Shown here one piece after another: positions 6,477 through 14,086 of a stretch of DNA of 27,320 bases (positions within the stretch are counted from its first letter, which is position 1; each line of letters starts with the position of its first letter). A model generated the notes under the pieces. It saw only the letters and a program-made list of their open reading frames with translations. It was not told where the DNA came from and made no database searches. This stretch comes from a virus. Taxonomy: Duplodnaviria > Caudoviricetes. Location of the stretch: IMG/VR virus record IMGVR_UViG_3300033412_000056, positions 1-27,320 of that record; one strand, given 5' to 3'. The position numbers were made by a program, and so were the translations under genes.

Positions 6477-6680
6477 ATGAAATTCAGAATAGTAAAAGAT
6501 GGCAATAATCATTTCCATGTACAAATGAAGGGTAATATTTTTGATAGTTGGGGTACTATTTCGCATGGTAATCATTTTAGCGAAGAAGAGGCCCAAGAAT
6601 TCATGGATGAAAGAATTTTATATTATAGAGATAAAAAAAAGAAAAATAAATTCATAGTAATAAAAACAGAAAAGGTATAA
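6477..6680 (+). CDS. Hypothetical protein, 67 aa
   Basis: ORF track. AGGA RBS. Confidence 0.75.
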   Translation: MKFRIVKDGNNHFHVQMKGNIFDSWGTISHGNHFSEEEAQEFMDERILYYRDKKKKNKFIVIKTEKV

Positions 6681-6682
6681 AC

Positions 6683-7066
6683 ATGAAACTTAAAGACCAA
6701 TGTTGCGCATTAGAATTAGCTAAACGTCTGAAAGAATTAGGCGTGCCGCAAAATAGTATATTCGTATGGGAATATGAAGATGATCATTGTTATGGCATTA
6801 AATTTTTTCCATATGCTGTTGTTCCTAATGATTTTAATAGTTTTAAATTATACTCAGCATATACCGTCGCTGAATTAGGTGAGATGCTTCCTGATTTTGT
6901 TGAATTAACAAAAATAAAAAATATAAAAATAGCAACCATATACAGTGAAGATAATGGTACAGAAAATAATGTTTCAGTTATTGATGACACTGAAGCTAAT
7001 GCCCGCGCCAAAATGCTAATTCATCTAATAGAAAACGGCTTAGTCAAATTAGGGGATTTAAAATGA
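6683..7066 (+). CDS. Conserved-looking phage hypothetical protein, 127 aa
   Basis: LELAKRLKELGV...AYTVAELGEMLP...TEANARAKMLIHLIEN pattern seen in phage accessory genes. Confidence 0.8.
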   Translation: MKLKDQCCALELAKRLKELGVPQNSIFVWEYEDDHCYGIKFFPYAVVPNDFNSFKLYSAYTVAELGEMLPDFVELTKIKNIKIATIYSEDNGTENNVSVIDDTEANARAKMLIHLIENGLVKLGDLK

Positions 7067-7236
7067 AAACAGAATTTAATCTGCTAGAATATATATGTAA
7101 AGTTCATGGAAATGTTGGGAATGACTGGGTTAGTTTTACTAAAAACGATATTGAAATAATTAAATATTGCAGTTATTGTTTCCATGAAAATGTATTGATG
7201 AAGAACTGTGAAGTTTTAATAGAGGATTTAAAATGA
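7063..7236 (+). CDS. Probable Zn-finger protein, 57 aa
   Basis: Hand translation MKTEFNLLEYICKVHG...YCSYCFHENV...IEDLK. ATGA overlaps at both ends. Confidence 0.7.
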   Translation: MKTEFNLLEYICKVHGNVGNDWVSFTKNDIEIIKYCSYCFHENVLMKNCEVLIEDLK

Positions 7237-7529
7237 GCGGATGCCATCCAACAGAAATTAGAGAAGATAATGATTACGATGAGCGTATTTCAGATTTAGA
7301 AAATATTTCTTCTGAATCGAGATTAATCAGACTTGAAAAATTGGCACAAGATAGAGATCAGTATTTTTTTGAATTAAAAAATAGAGTTGATAAACTTGAG
7401 TCAGATCATCTTGGTCAGCAACTTGACCCTAAAGTTTGGAAATTCCTTCATGAAAAAGTTGATAGGCTGAAAGAGCAATTAGAAGAAATCGCACGCAGAT
7501 TAGATCAAGTTTATGTCGAAATAAAATAG
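7233..7529 (+). CDS. Coiled-coil protein, 98 aa, possibly the N-terminal part of a frameshifted gene extending to 7663
   Basis: Heptad-rich sequence. An ATG-less zinc-finger frame continues in the -1 frame. Confidence 0.7.
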   Translation: MSGCHPTEIREDNDYDERISDLENISSESRLIRLEKLAQDRDQYFFELKNRVDKLESDHLGQQLDPKVWKFLHEKVDRLKEQLEEIARRLDQVYVEIK

Positions 7530-7663
7530 CGCCGTTTAAGTGCCCTGTTTGTGATGGTAAAGGTGGAGAACCAACAGCTTTTGCAAAAGGATTTGATGGA
7601 AAACCAATAAAAGCTGATGCTCTTTGCAATCCATGCGAAGGAAAAGGTATTGTATGGGGATAA
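7511..7663 (+). pseudogene. Start-less DnaJ-type Zn-finger frame (CPVCDGKG...CNPCEGKGIVWG)
   Basis: Read by hand in the -1 frame relative to ORF 7233. No ATG or GTG lies between the upstream in-frame stop and the motif. Stop TAA at 7661-7663. Confidence 0.65.
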
Positions 7664-7854
7664 TTAAAAAATTTTATTATTGCTTCATTAAAAGAAAGTA
7701 TCGTCTTTGTAATTTATGTAAAGGAGTCGGAGCAGTGATCACTATTGGTTATAGTCCAAATGAACTTTATGAGGATAAATATTTTTCTAGTTGCGTTGGT
7801 GAAATTTATATAAAATGTCCGGCTTGCGATAAAAGTGGAATTATTTGGGGTTAA
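7654..7854 (+). CDS. DnaJ-type Zn-finger protein (CNLCKGVG...CPACDKSGIIWG)
   Basis: Two CxxC motifs. Likely start ATG 7654 after AAGG. Confidence 0.7.
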   Translation: MGIIKKFYYCFIKRKYRLCNLCKGVGAVITIGYSPNELYEDKYFSSCVGEIYIKCPACDKSGIIWG

Positions 7855-7937
7855 AATATTCTGTATTAGAATAAATAATAGTGTTATATTACGTGAGTTT
7901 TAGGAGTTAAGGTCATAATTTACTAAGGAGAGTAAAG

Positions 7938-8186
7938 ATGTCAATTAAGCAGTTTACAATTAATTTCCCAGGTCAAAATAATATTATTCCACGCATTGGG
8001 CATTTGTATGCACCAGATAATACCTTAGCTGAAATAGCAGCATCGGGTTATCTTGATTCTTATGTTCAAAGTCAAGGATTTAGCGTTTTAGAAACTGATG
8101 TTATTTTGGCAGTAGGTTCTGATGGTACACAATGGTATAAGCCAGTAATTACTAATGGATCTATTAATTTGAATACACTACCATAA
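7938..8186 (+). CDS. Hypothetical protein, 82 aa (possible virion component)
   Basis: Strong AAGGAG RBS inside hairpin TTTACT-AAGGAG-AGTAAA. Composition resembles the structural genes. Confidence 0.8.
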   Translation: MSIKQFTINFPGQNNIIPRIGHLYAPDNTLAEIAASGYLDSYVQSQGFSVLETDVILAVGSDGTQWYKPVITNGSINLNTLP

Positions 8187-8205
8187 TTTAAAAAGGAGTT
8201 TTTAA

Positions 8206-8454
8206 ATGTTATTTAATGAAGCATTAGAGGCACTAAAAGAAGGGAAACATATTAGACGTGCGCTTTGGTCAAAAGAAGAAGGTTATTTAGTTCTTTTACC
8301 TGGTATTAGAACTGTTTGGAGAATTCAAAGTATTCCTAACGTTACAGCCGGAAATCATTTATTTTTATCCGATGAATTTCAAGCCTCAGATTGGGAGATA
8401 CTAGATGTTGAAAAATATTTAGCAGAACCAAAACCCCAAGAAAGCGATTTATAA
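8206..8454 (+). CDS. DUF2829/Tad2-like protein (putative Thoeris anti-defence sponge)
   Basis: FxEALEALKEGKHIRRxxW ... ASDWEI matches the recalled N- and C-terminal motifs of the family. Confidence 0.7.
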   Translation: MLFNEALEALKEGKHIRRALWSKEEGYLVLLPGIRTVWRIQSIPNVTAGNHLFLSDEFQASDWEILDVEKYLAEPKPQESDL

Positions 8455-8466
8455 AAGTAGTATAAT

Positions 8467-8527
8467 ACTCTCAATGCTGGCTAGGATGGCTAGCTTGAGA
8501 GTGTGAATTATTTCCCACGGATGGGAG
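8467..8527 (+). promoter_or_regulatory. Two GGA-loop hairpins in the portal leader
   Basis: ACTCTCAA-T-GCTGGCT-AGGAT-GGCTAGC-TTGAGAGT and TTCCCA-CGGA-TGGGAG (the latter includes the RBS). TATAAT at 8461-8466. Confidence 0.65.
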
Positions 8528-8536
8528 TATACCGCA

Positions 8537-10723
8537 ATGGAGATGCCGATTGATCCAATCGACCAAACTACTTTGGGCGAAATGGAAGAACAGCGCGTTG
8601 CTGCTTTGAGTGATGCGCAAATTGATGAAGCAGATGTTTTAGCTAGCGCCCAAGATGATTTAACCCTATGGGATGGTTACTTTAGCGAAAACATAACTCG
8701 CGGCAAAGACGACATGAATTTCGTCTTACGTGACCAGTGGACAGCTATTGAACGAAGTGAGTTTACTCGCTTATTTAAACCGGCTATGACGTTCAATAAG
8801 TTGTATGATACTGTTAAAAAGATAGTTGGCGAACAACGAAAAAACAAGCCAGACTTATTAGTAAGATCGCTAACAGGAAAAGCAACACAAGAGCAAATAA
8901 ACCTCCGTGCAGATTTAGTGCGCACGATTTCATATCAATCACAAAACGATTTAGTCTATCAAATAGCATTTAAACAAGCCTTACTGATGGGGTATGGAGG
9001 ATATGATATAGTATTAGACTATGAGTCGCCCACTAGTTTTAATCCTGTCATTCGATATGAATTGATACCTGACATTACCAGAACGTCTTATGATCCCACC
9101 GCAATAAAACCACATAAGGGAGATGGGAATTTTTGTGCTAGACAGTTTGTTTATACAAAACAAGAGTTTTTTGCTGAATATCCTCATGTTTCAAATCCTG
9201 TTTCTTATTCTGATCCTAGATCTCTTTTAGATTTTCAGTGGGAAACCAGAGATACCATTGTTGTTTGTAAATATACTCGAAAAGAATGGTTTAACGTAAA
9301 AATGTTAAAACTATCTAATGGTATGGTTGTAACGGAAGAAGAATGGGAGGATATGCAAAAACAGTTTGAAATGGTTAAAAATCTAGCAAAAGAAGATGTT
9401 ATTGTAAGAAATATTATTTTAAATGAAATTCCTAAAATTGTTGCTGATCGCAGAACAAAAGATTACAAGATTCGTCAATATAAGCTCACACAAAATCAAG
9501 TATTAGAGTTTACGGATTGGCCTTCTAAGTATTTAAACATGATATTTGTCGATGGCGATTCTTATTTTGTAAATGGACAGCAATATACAAGATCATTTGT
9601 TCATGAAGCCCGCGATGCTCAGCGATTTATTAATTATGTTGGGTCTGAAATTGCAGCCGAAATTAAGAATCGTCGACGTGAACAATGGTTGGGAACCCCT
9701 GATAATATTATTGGTTATGAGCAATTATGGCGTAATCCTGAATTACAAAATGGTATTTTGATTGCAAAACCTGATCCAAAAACAGGTCAAATGCCTATAA
9801 AAATGCCTCCTTGGGAACTTTCTAATTCGCTTTTACAACATTTTCAACGAGGCAATCAGGATATACGTGAAATTCTTGGGTTTTCTGAGCAAGAAGAGCT
9901 TCAAGGGCGGGATATGTCTGGAAAAGCTCGCAGAGAACGAAAAATGGAAGGTTCAATGTCAGCTTATGTTTATTTTGATAACTTGAATCAAGCTATTGAG
10001 CAAGGCGGAAGAGTAGTGCTTGATTTGTTACCTATTATTGCAGGTGAAGATGAACGTCACATGGTTGTATCTAAAGCAGATGGTCGAACTGAATCAGTTA
10101 TTCTTAATCAACGTACAAAGGACGGTATCATTAATGCCTTAGATCAAGGCGATTATGATATTGAAATTGATACGGGTCCTTCATTTGCTGTTCAAAAAGA
10201 TACTGCGCTAGAGTTCTTCCAACAAACGATTGCGGCTAATCCGCAAACTTTCCCATTAATAGCTGATTTATGGGCTAAAAACTTAGATGTTCAGTTTATG
10301 CCGCAAATTTCTGAACGGTTTAAGTCAATGGTTCCACCTGAGATTCTGGCTAAAGAAGAAGGAAAGCCGGCTCCTCCTTCACAGCCAAATCCACAAGCTA
10401 TGATGGCTATGATGGAGATGAAGTCTCAACAAGAGAAAATGCAAAATGATCGCGTTCAACTTGAATTAAAGAAAGAGGAATTGCGACTCAAGCAAGAGCA
10501 GCACGAGTTAGATAAAGCTGAAGCTATCATCAAAGCACGTCAAATGGATATGGAAAATCAATTGGATGTTTATAACCACCAAGCCAATATTGAAGAAGCG
10601 AAAATTCGTCACGGATTAGATCATAAAAAAGCAGATTATGATTTTACTTCTAAAATAGCAAACATGCTTACAGATATCCATAAACATGAAAATCCACAGA
10701 AAAAGGAAAATAAAAATATTTAA
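8537..10723 (+). CDS. Portal protein (P22 gp1-like)
   Basis: 728 aa. DQW..R...KPAMTFNKL, DAQRFINY, SGKA, FDNL and YDIEIDTGPSF motifs. C-terminal coiled-coil barrel. Confidence 0.92.
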   Translation: MEMPIDPIDQTTLGEMEEQRVAALSDAQIDEADVLASAQDDLTLWDGYFSENITRGKDDMNFVLRDQWTAIERSEFTRLFKPAMTFNKLYDTVKKIVGEQRKNKPDLLVRSLTGKATQEQINLRADLVRTISYQSQNDLVYQIAFKQALLMGYGGYDIVLDYESPTSFNPVIRYELIPDITRTSYDPTAIKPHKGDGNFCARQFVYTKQEFFAEYPHVSNPVSYSDPRSLLDFQWETRDTIVVCKYTRKEWFNVKMLKLSNGMVVTEEEWEDMQKQFEMVKNLAKEDVIVRNIILNEIPKIVADRRTKDYKIRQYKLTQNQVLEFTDWPSKYLNMIFVDGDSYFVNGQQYTRSFVHEARDAQRFINYVGSEIAAEIKNRRREQWLGTPDNIIGYEQLWRNPELQNGILIAKPDPKTGQMPIKMPPWELSNSLLQHFQRGNQDIREILGFSEQEELQGRDMSGKARRERKMEGSMSAYVYFDNLNQAIEQGGRVVLDLLPIIAGEDERHMVVSKADGRTESVILNQRTKDGIINALDQGDYDIEIDTGPSFAVQKDTALEFFQQTIAANPQTFPLIADLWAKNLDVQFMPQISERFKSMVPPEILAKEEGKPAPPSQPNPQAMMAMMEMKSQQEKMQNDRVQLELKKEELRLKQEQHELDKAEAIIKARQMDMENQLDVYNHQANIEEAKIRHGLDHKKADYDFTSKIANMLTDIHKHENPQKKENKNI

Positions 10724-10855
10724 TACGCTATAGGTTGTGTGGAATATTTAATCAATATCAGTATATTAGATAGTACGAGATAAAGGATTTATCTCTGGGT
10801 TTCGAGCCACCGTAGGTCTCTGGGCAATAGAATTGCCAAGCATGGAGCAAGAGAT

Positions 10856-11638
10856 ATGGAGAATGCTCAAGAAGATTTGAGCCAAGACAATGCGCCTGAA
10901 ATTGTCGATGCTGAAGGTTCTGCTGAAGGTGTAGCTGATGAAGTCGCATCAGAGGCAGCAAACAAGGATGATCCTTATGGCGTAAAAAAACGCTTAGGGA
11001 TGCAAGCGAAAAAGCACTCAAGGGAAGTGAGGGCGTTGCAAGAGCAGTTAGCTCATGTGCATAATCGTTTGGATCAACAGCAATCAAATGAAGGGCAAAG
11101 TTCTTTTTACCAGCCACAAACCCAGGATATGGGAATGGGGCTAACGGAAGAACAAAGGATACAAAAAGCCGTACATTTAGCTTTGCAAGCCAGGGAGGCT
11201 CAAGAAGCTAAAAGTCGTGAAGCCGAAAAAATGGCTCATGTACATAAGTCTTACCAAAGACTTCAAGATGAGTTAGATAAGGGTTCCGATAAGTATGAAG
11301 ATTTTGACGATATAGTGAGGGGAGATGCCCCATTCACTACAGCAATCAGGGATTCATTGCTATTCGTTGATAATCCTGCCGATGTAGCCTACAAACTTGG
11401 AAAAAATCTTGATGAACTTCAACGTATATCACAACTCCATCCGCTAGATCAGGCACGAGAAGTTAACAAGCTTTCGTTTGCTTTATTGGGTGGAAATATT
11501 GGTAAACCATCATCAACCACTCAAAGACCTAATCCAATGGGTCAAAGTAGACCTAATCCAGTTAACACAAGTGCCATTACGGATAAGACTCCTGTTTCGG
11601 ATATCCGAGCCAGGATGAAGGCTGGCACCTGGAAGTGA
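10856..11638 (+). CDS. Scaffolding protein
   Basis: Acidic N-terminus, coiled coil, YxLGKN motif and basic C-terminal tip. Located between portal and coat. Confidence 0.8.
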   Translation: MENAQEDLSQDNAPEIVDAEGSAEGVADEVASEAANKDDPYGVKKRLGMQAKKHSREVRALQEQLAHVHNRLDQQQSNEGQSSFYQPQTQDMGMGLTEEQRIQKAVHLALQAREAQEAKSREAEKMAHVHKSYQRLQDELDKGSDKYEDFDDIVRGDAPFTTAIRDSLLFVDNPADVAYKLGKNLDELQRISQLHPLDQAREVNKLSFALLGGNIGKPSSTTQRPNPMGQSRPNPVNTSAITDKTPVSDIRARMKAGTWK

Positions 11639-11640
11639 TG

Positions 11641-11714
11641 GATTGGCGTTTTTAAGGATAAAAGCGTCAATCTGCTTTTAAGTCGTTCAGTGTGCCATTT
11701 AATGGATTAAATGG
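11641..11714 (+). promoter_or_regulatory. Two GGA-loop hairpins in the coat leader
   Basis: GATTGGCGTTTTTA-AGGA-TAAAAGCGTCAATC and CCATTTAA-TGGA-TTAAATGG, the second overlapping the GGAG RBS. Confidence 0.7.
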
Positions 11715-11726
11715 AGACTGGCTGAA

Positions 11727-12938
11727 ATGTCAAATCAATTTATTACTACGGATTTAGTGAGCAACACCGCGTTAGCAATGTTTGCTAACAATTCACCTTT
11801 TGTAATGACTGCATCACGAATTTACCAAGATGACTTTGTGTCTTCTGGTTATAAAATTGGTGATAACTTACAAGTACGAAGACAGAACCATTTTATCGTT
11901 GGTGATGGTTCAACAGCAACCCCGCAAGATATTATCGAAACAGTTGAAAATATCACTGTATCGCATCAATACCATGCTTTGATTGCATACACAATTCAAG
12001 ACTTATCATTACGTATTGAAGATTTCTCAAGAATCTTTATTGCGCCTGCCATTCAAGAAATTATTACCCAGATGGAAAAAGATATTGCCTCACAAGCTGA
12101 GCAACAACTTTATTTTTACACTGGAACGCCTGGCACACCGATCAATTCTTTTACAACTGTTGACCTAGCTGGTGCAAAATTGCTCGAACAGGGGGTTAAT
12201 ATTGCACAAAATGCTTATATGGCAATTACAGTAAGGGATGGTTCTTCGTTAAAAGGTGCGTTACTTAATAATTTCACACCTGTATTTAACGAAAATATTG
12301 TTAAAAATTCTGCTATTGGACATATGTCATATTTTGACATTTTCCAATCTCAAAATATCAAACGTCATACTGCTGGTGCTGGCCCAAGACTCTATTCATC
12401 CGATACATTATTGGTGAATGGTGCAGTTTCGTCAGGCAGTACAATTGCAATGGACGGAGCAACAATCAGCATTACTGATTATTTTGTTGTTGGCGACGTT
12501 TTCTCGATTGCAGGAGTTGAATCAGTAAATCCGGTTGGACGCGCTTCTACAGGCCAAGATATGCAGTTTGTTGTAACTGCTAATGCAAGTTCAGATAGCA
12601 GTGGGAATGTGACTGTTTCAGTCCAACCAACCATTATCTCTGATACTTCTAATCCAAATAGAAATGTCAGTAATCCTATTCCGAATAATGCTGTTGTCAC
12701 TATGATTACAAGTCATAATGTTAATGTCGCTTATCCAGAACGTGGATTAGATATCGTATGTCCTCCTCTTTATAAATTACAGGTCCCTTATGCCTCTGTT
12801 GCAGTTGATCCTGAAAGTGGATTATCACTTGCTGTGACACAGACGGGCGATATTTTGGGATATCAAAACTATATGCGTATTGACTTATTGTGTGGTTTCT
12901 CTTGGCACCCACAATATTCAGTACGTGTATTGTCATAA
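11727..12938 (+). CDS. Major capsid protein (P22 coat protein family)
   Basis: MSNQFIT...ALAMFAN, KIGDNLQVR, GDVFSIAGVESVNP insertion domain and C-terminal RIDLLCG motifs. Confidence 0.92.
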   Translation: MSNQFITTDLVSNTALAMFANNSPFVMTASRIYQDDFVSSGYKIGDNLQVRRQNHFIVGDGSTATPQDIIETVENITVSHQYHALIAYTIQDLSLRIEDFSRIFIAPAIQEIITQMEKDIASQAEQQLYFYTGTPGTPINSFTTVDLAGAKLLEQGVNIAQNAYMAITVRDGSSLKGALLNNFTPVFNENIVKNSAIGHMSYFDIFQSQNIKRHTAGAGPRLYSSDTLLVNGAVSSGSTIAMDGATISITDYFVVGDVFSIAGVESVNPVGRASTGQDMQFVVTANASSDSSGNVTVSVQPTIISDTSNPNRNVSNPIPNNAVVTMITSHNVNVAYPERGLDIVCPPLYKLQVPYASVAVDPESGLSLAVTQTGDILGYQNYMRIDLLCGFSWHPQYSVRVLS

Positions 12939-12952
12939 TAAGGAGAAGCCCA

Positions 12953-13141
12953 ATGCTACATTGTTTATATCATCCCATTGATTCGATGAAAGTCGTTTCA
13001 GATGAAGAAAGAGAGAGACTTTTAGCAACGGGCTTTTGGTTTGATTCACCTAAAGAAGCTTTGGCATTTCGTTTGGAACAAGAAAAAATTGTTCGCGAAA
13101 AGTCAAAGAAGGAAAAAAGAAAATTGGAGGATAAACAATGA
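12953..13141 (+). CDS. Small conserved head-region protein, 62 aa
   Basis: AGGAG RBS and ATG 12953. GFWFDSP motif, in the gene directly after coat. Confidence 0.75.
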   Translation: MLHCLYHPIDSMKVVSDEERERLLATGFWFDSPKEALAFRLEQEKIVREKSKKEKRKLEDKQ

Positions 13142-13338
13142 AAGATTCAGTTATGAGTAACAATGCGTTTGTTAAAGCCGAACAAGGAAGAATGAAGGGC
13201 ATGATGGGTGATCGTCCTAAACAAAAAGCTGAAAGTTATAAAACTGATGCTTATATGTGTAATGACGGTGATCATGCTCAATCGTTTGCATCTTCTTTAA
13301 CTGCTGGAATGGATAAAAAAGCATTTCCGGTTAAGTAA
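13138..13338 (+). CDS. Hypothetical protein, 66 aa
   Basis: GGAGG RBS and ATGA overlap. Confidence 0.75.
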   Translation: MKDSVMSNNAFVKAEQGRMKGMMGDRPKQKAESYKTDAYMCNDGDHAQSFASSLTAGMDKKAFPVK

Positions 13339-13345
13339 CCTTGAT

Positions 13346-13363
13346 TAGCATAAGGATATGCTA
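13346..13363 (+). promoter_or_regulatory. CsrA/RsmA-type hairpin at the gp4-like gene start
   Basis: Perfect TAGCATA-AGGA-TATGCTA. The stem includes the A of the start codon. Confidence 0.7.
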
Positions 13364-14085
13364 TGAGCCAGGTCACACGGACGACAAATGATCTTATTAT
13401 TAATTCATTGTATTTGATTGGTGAATTAGGCGTCGGTGAAACACCCGATGCCTTTATGCTTTCAACTGGCCTTGAATTAATTAATGAACTATTGGATAAG
13501 TTTTCTGCTGATAGTATTTATATTCCTTTTCTAACACCTATTGATTTTACTATGGTGGCAGGGAAGGCCACCTATAGTATTTCTGATATGGTATCAGCCG
13601 ATATTAATGCAGATCGAATCGTTGATTTGTCTCTTGCTAATTATACGGTTCAGACAATTGTCTATCCTATTAGGATTATTAATAAAGCAACTTATTATGG
13701 TGTTGTTCGTTTAAATAATTTGAATGCAAGACCAGGATTTTGTTTTTTAGATAAACAAGATACTGAAAGTTTTGTGACATTTTATCCGGCACCTGACCAA
13801 CCTTATCCATGCAGTTTAAAAGCGAAAGTAATGATTAACCAGCTTTCGGCTTATGAAGATTTAACAGAATTAGCACCATATTATTATGGATTTTTGAAAT
13901 ATGCTTTAGCAAGAAAATTTAAAGCTTATTATCCTTCTGCTAATTGGCCTCAAGAAAATGAGGAAGAATATTTAGATTACTTCAACAATTTGAAGAACTC
14001 TAATGAAACCGATTTAACTATTAGACCGTCAGTCATAATGGATGCTCCTCAGCCATTTTACTGGCCCAATATATTGGCGTATTGA
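13363..14085 (+). CDS. Head-tail adaptor / packaged DNA stabilisation protein (P22 gp4-like)
   Basis: DLIxxSLxLIG...GLELINELLD N-terminus, YPAPD and LKYALA motifs. Position after coat. Confidence 0.75.
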   Translation: MSQVTRTTNDLIINSLYLIGELGVGETPDAFMLSTGLELINELLDKFSADSIYIPFLTPIDFTMVAGKATYSISDMVSADINADRIVDLSLANYTVQTIVYPIRIINKATYYGVVRLNNLNARPGFCFLDKQDTESFVTFYPAPDQPYPCSLKAKVMINQLSAYEDLTELAPYYYGFLKYALARKFKAYYPSANWPQENEEEYLDYFNNLKNSNETDLTIRPSVIMDAPQPFYWPNILAY

Positions 14086-14086
14086 T

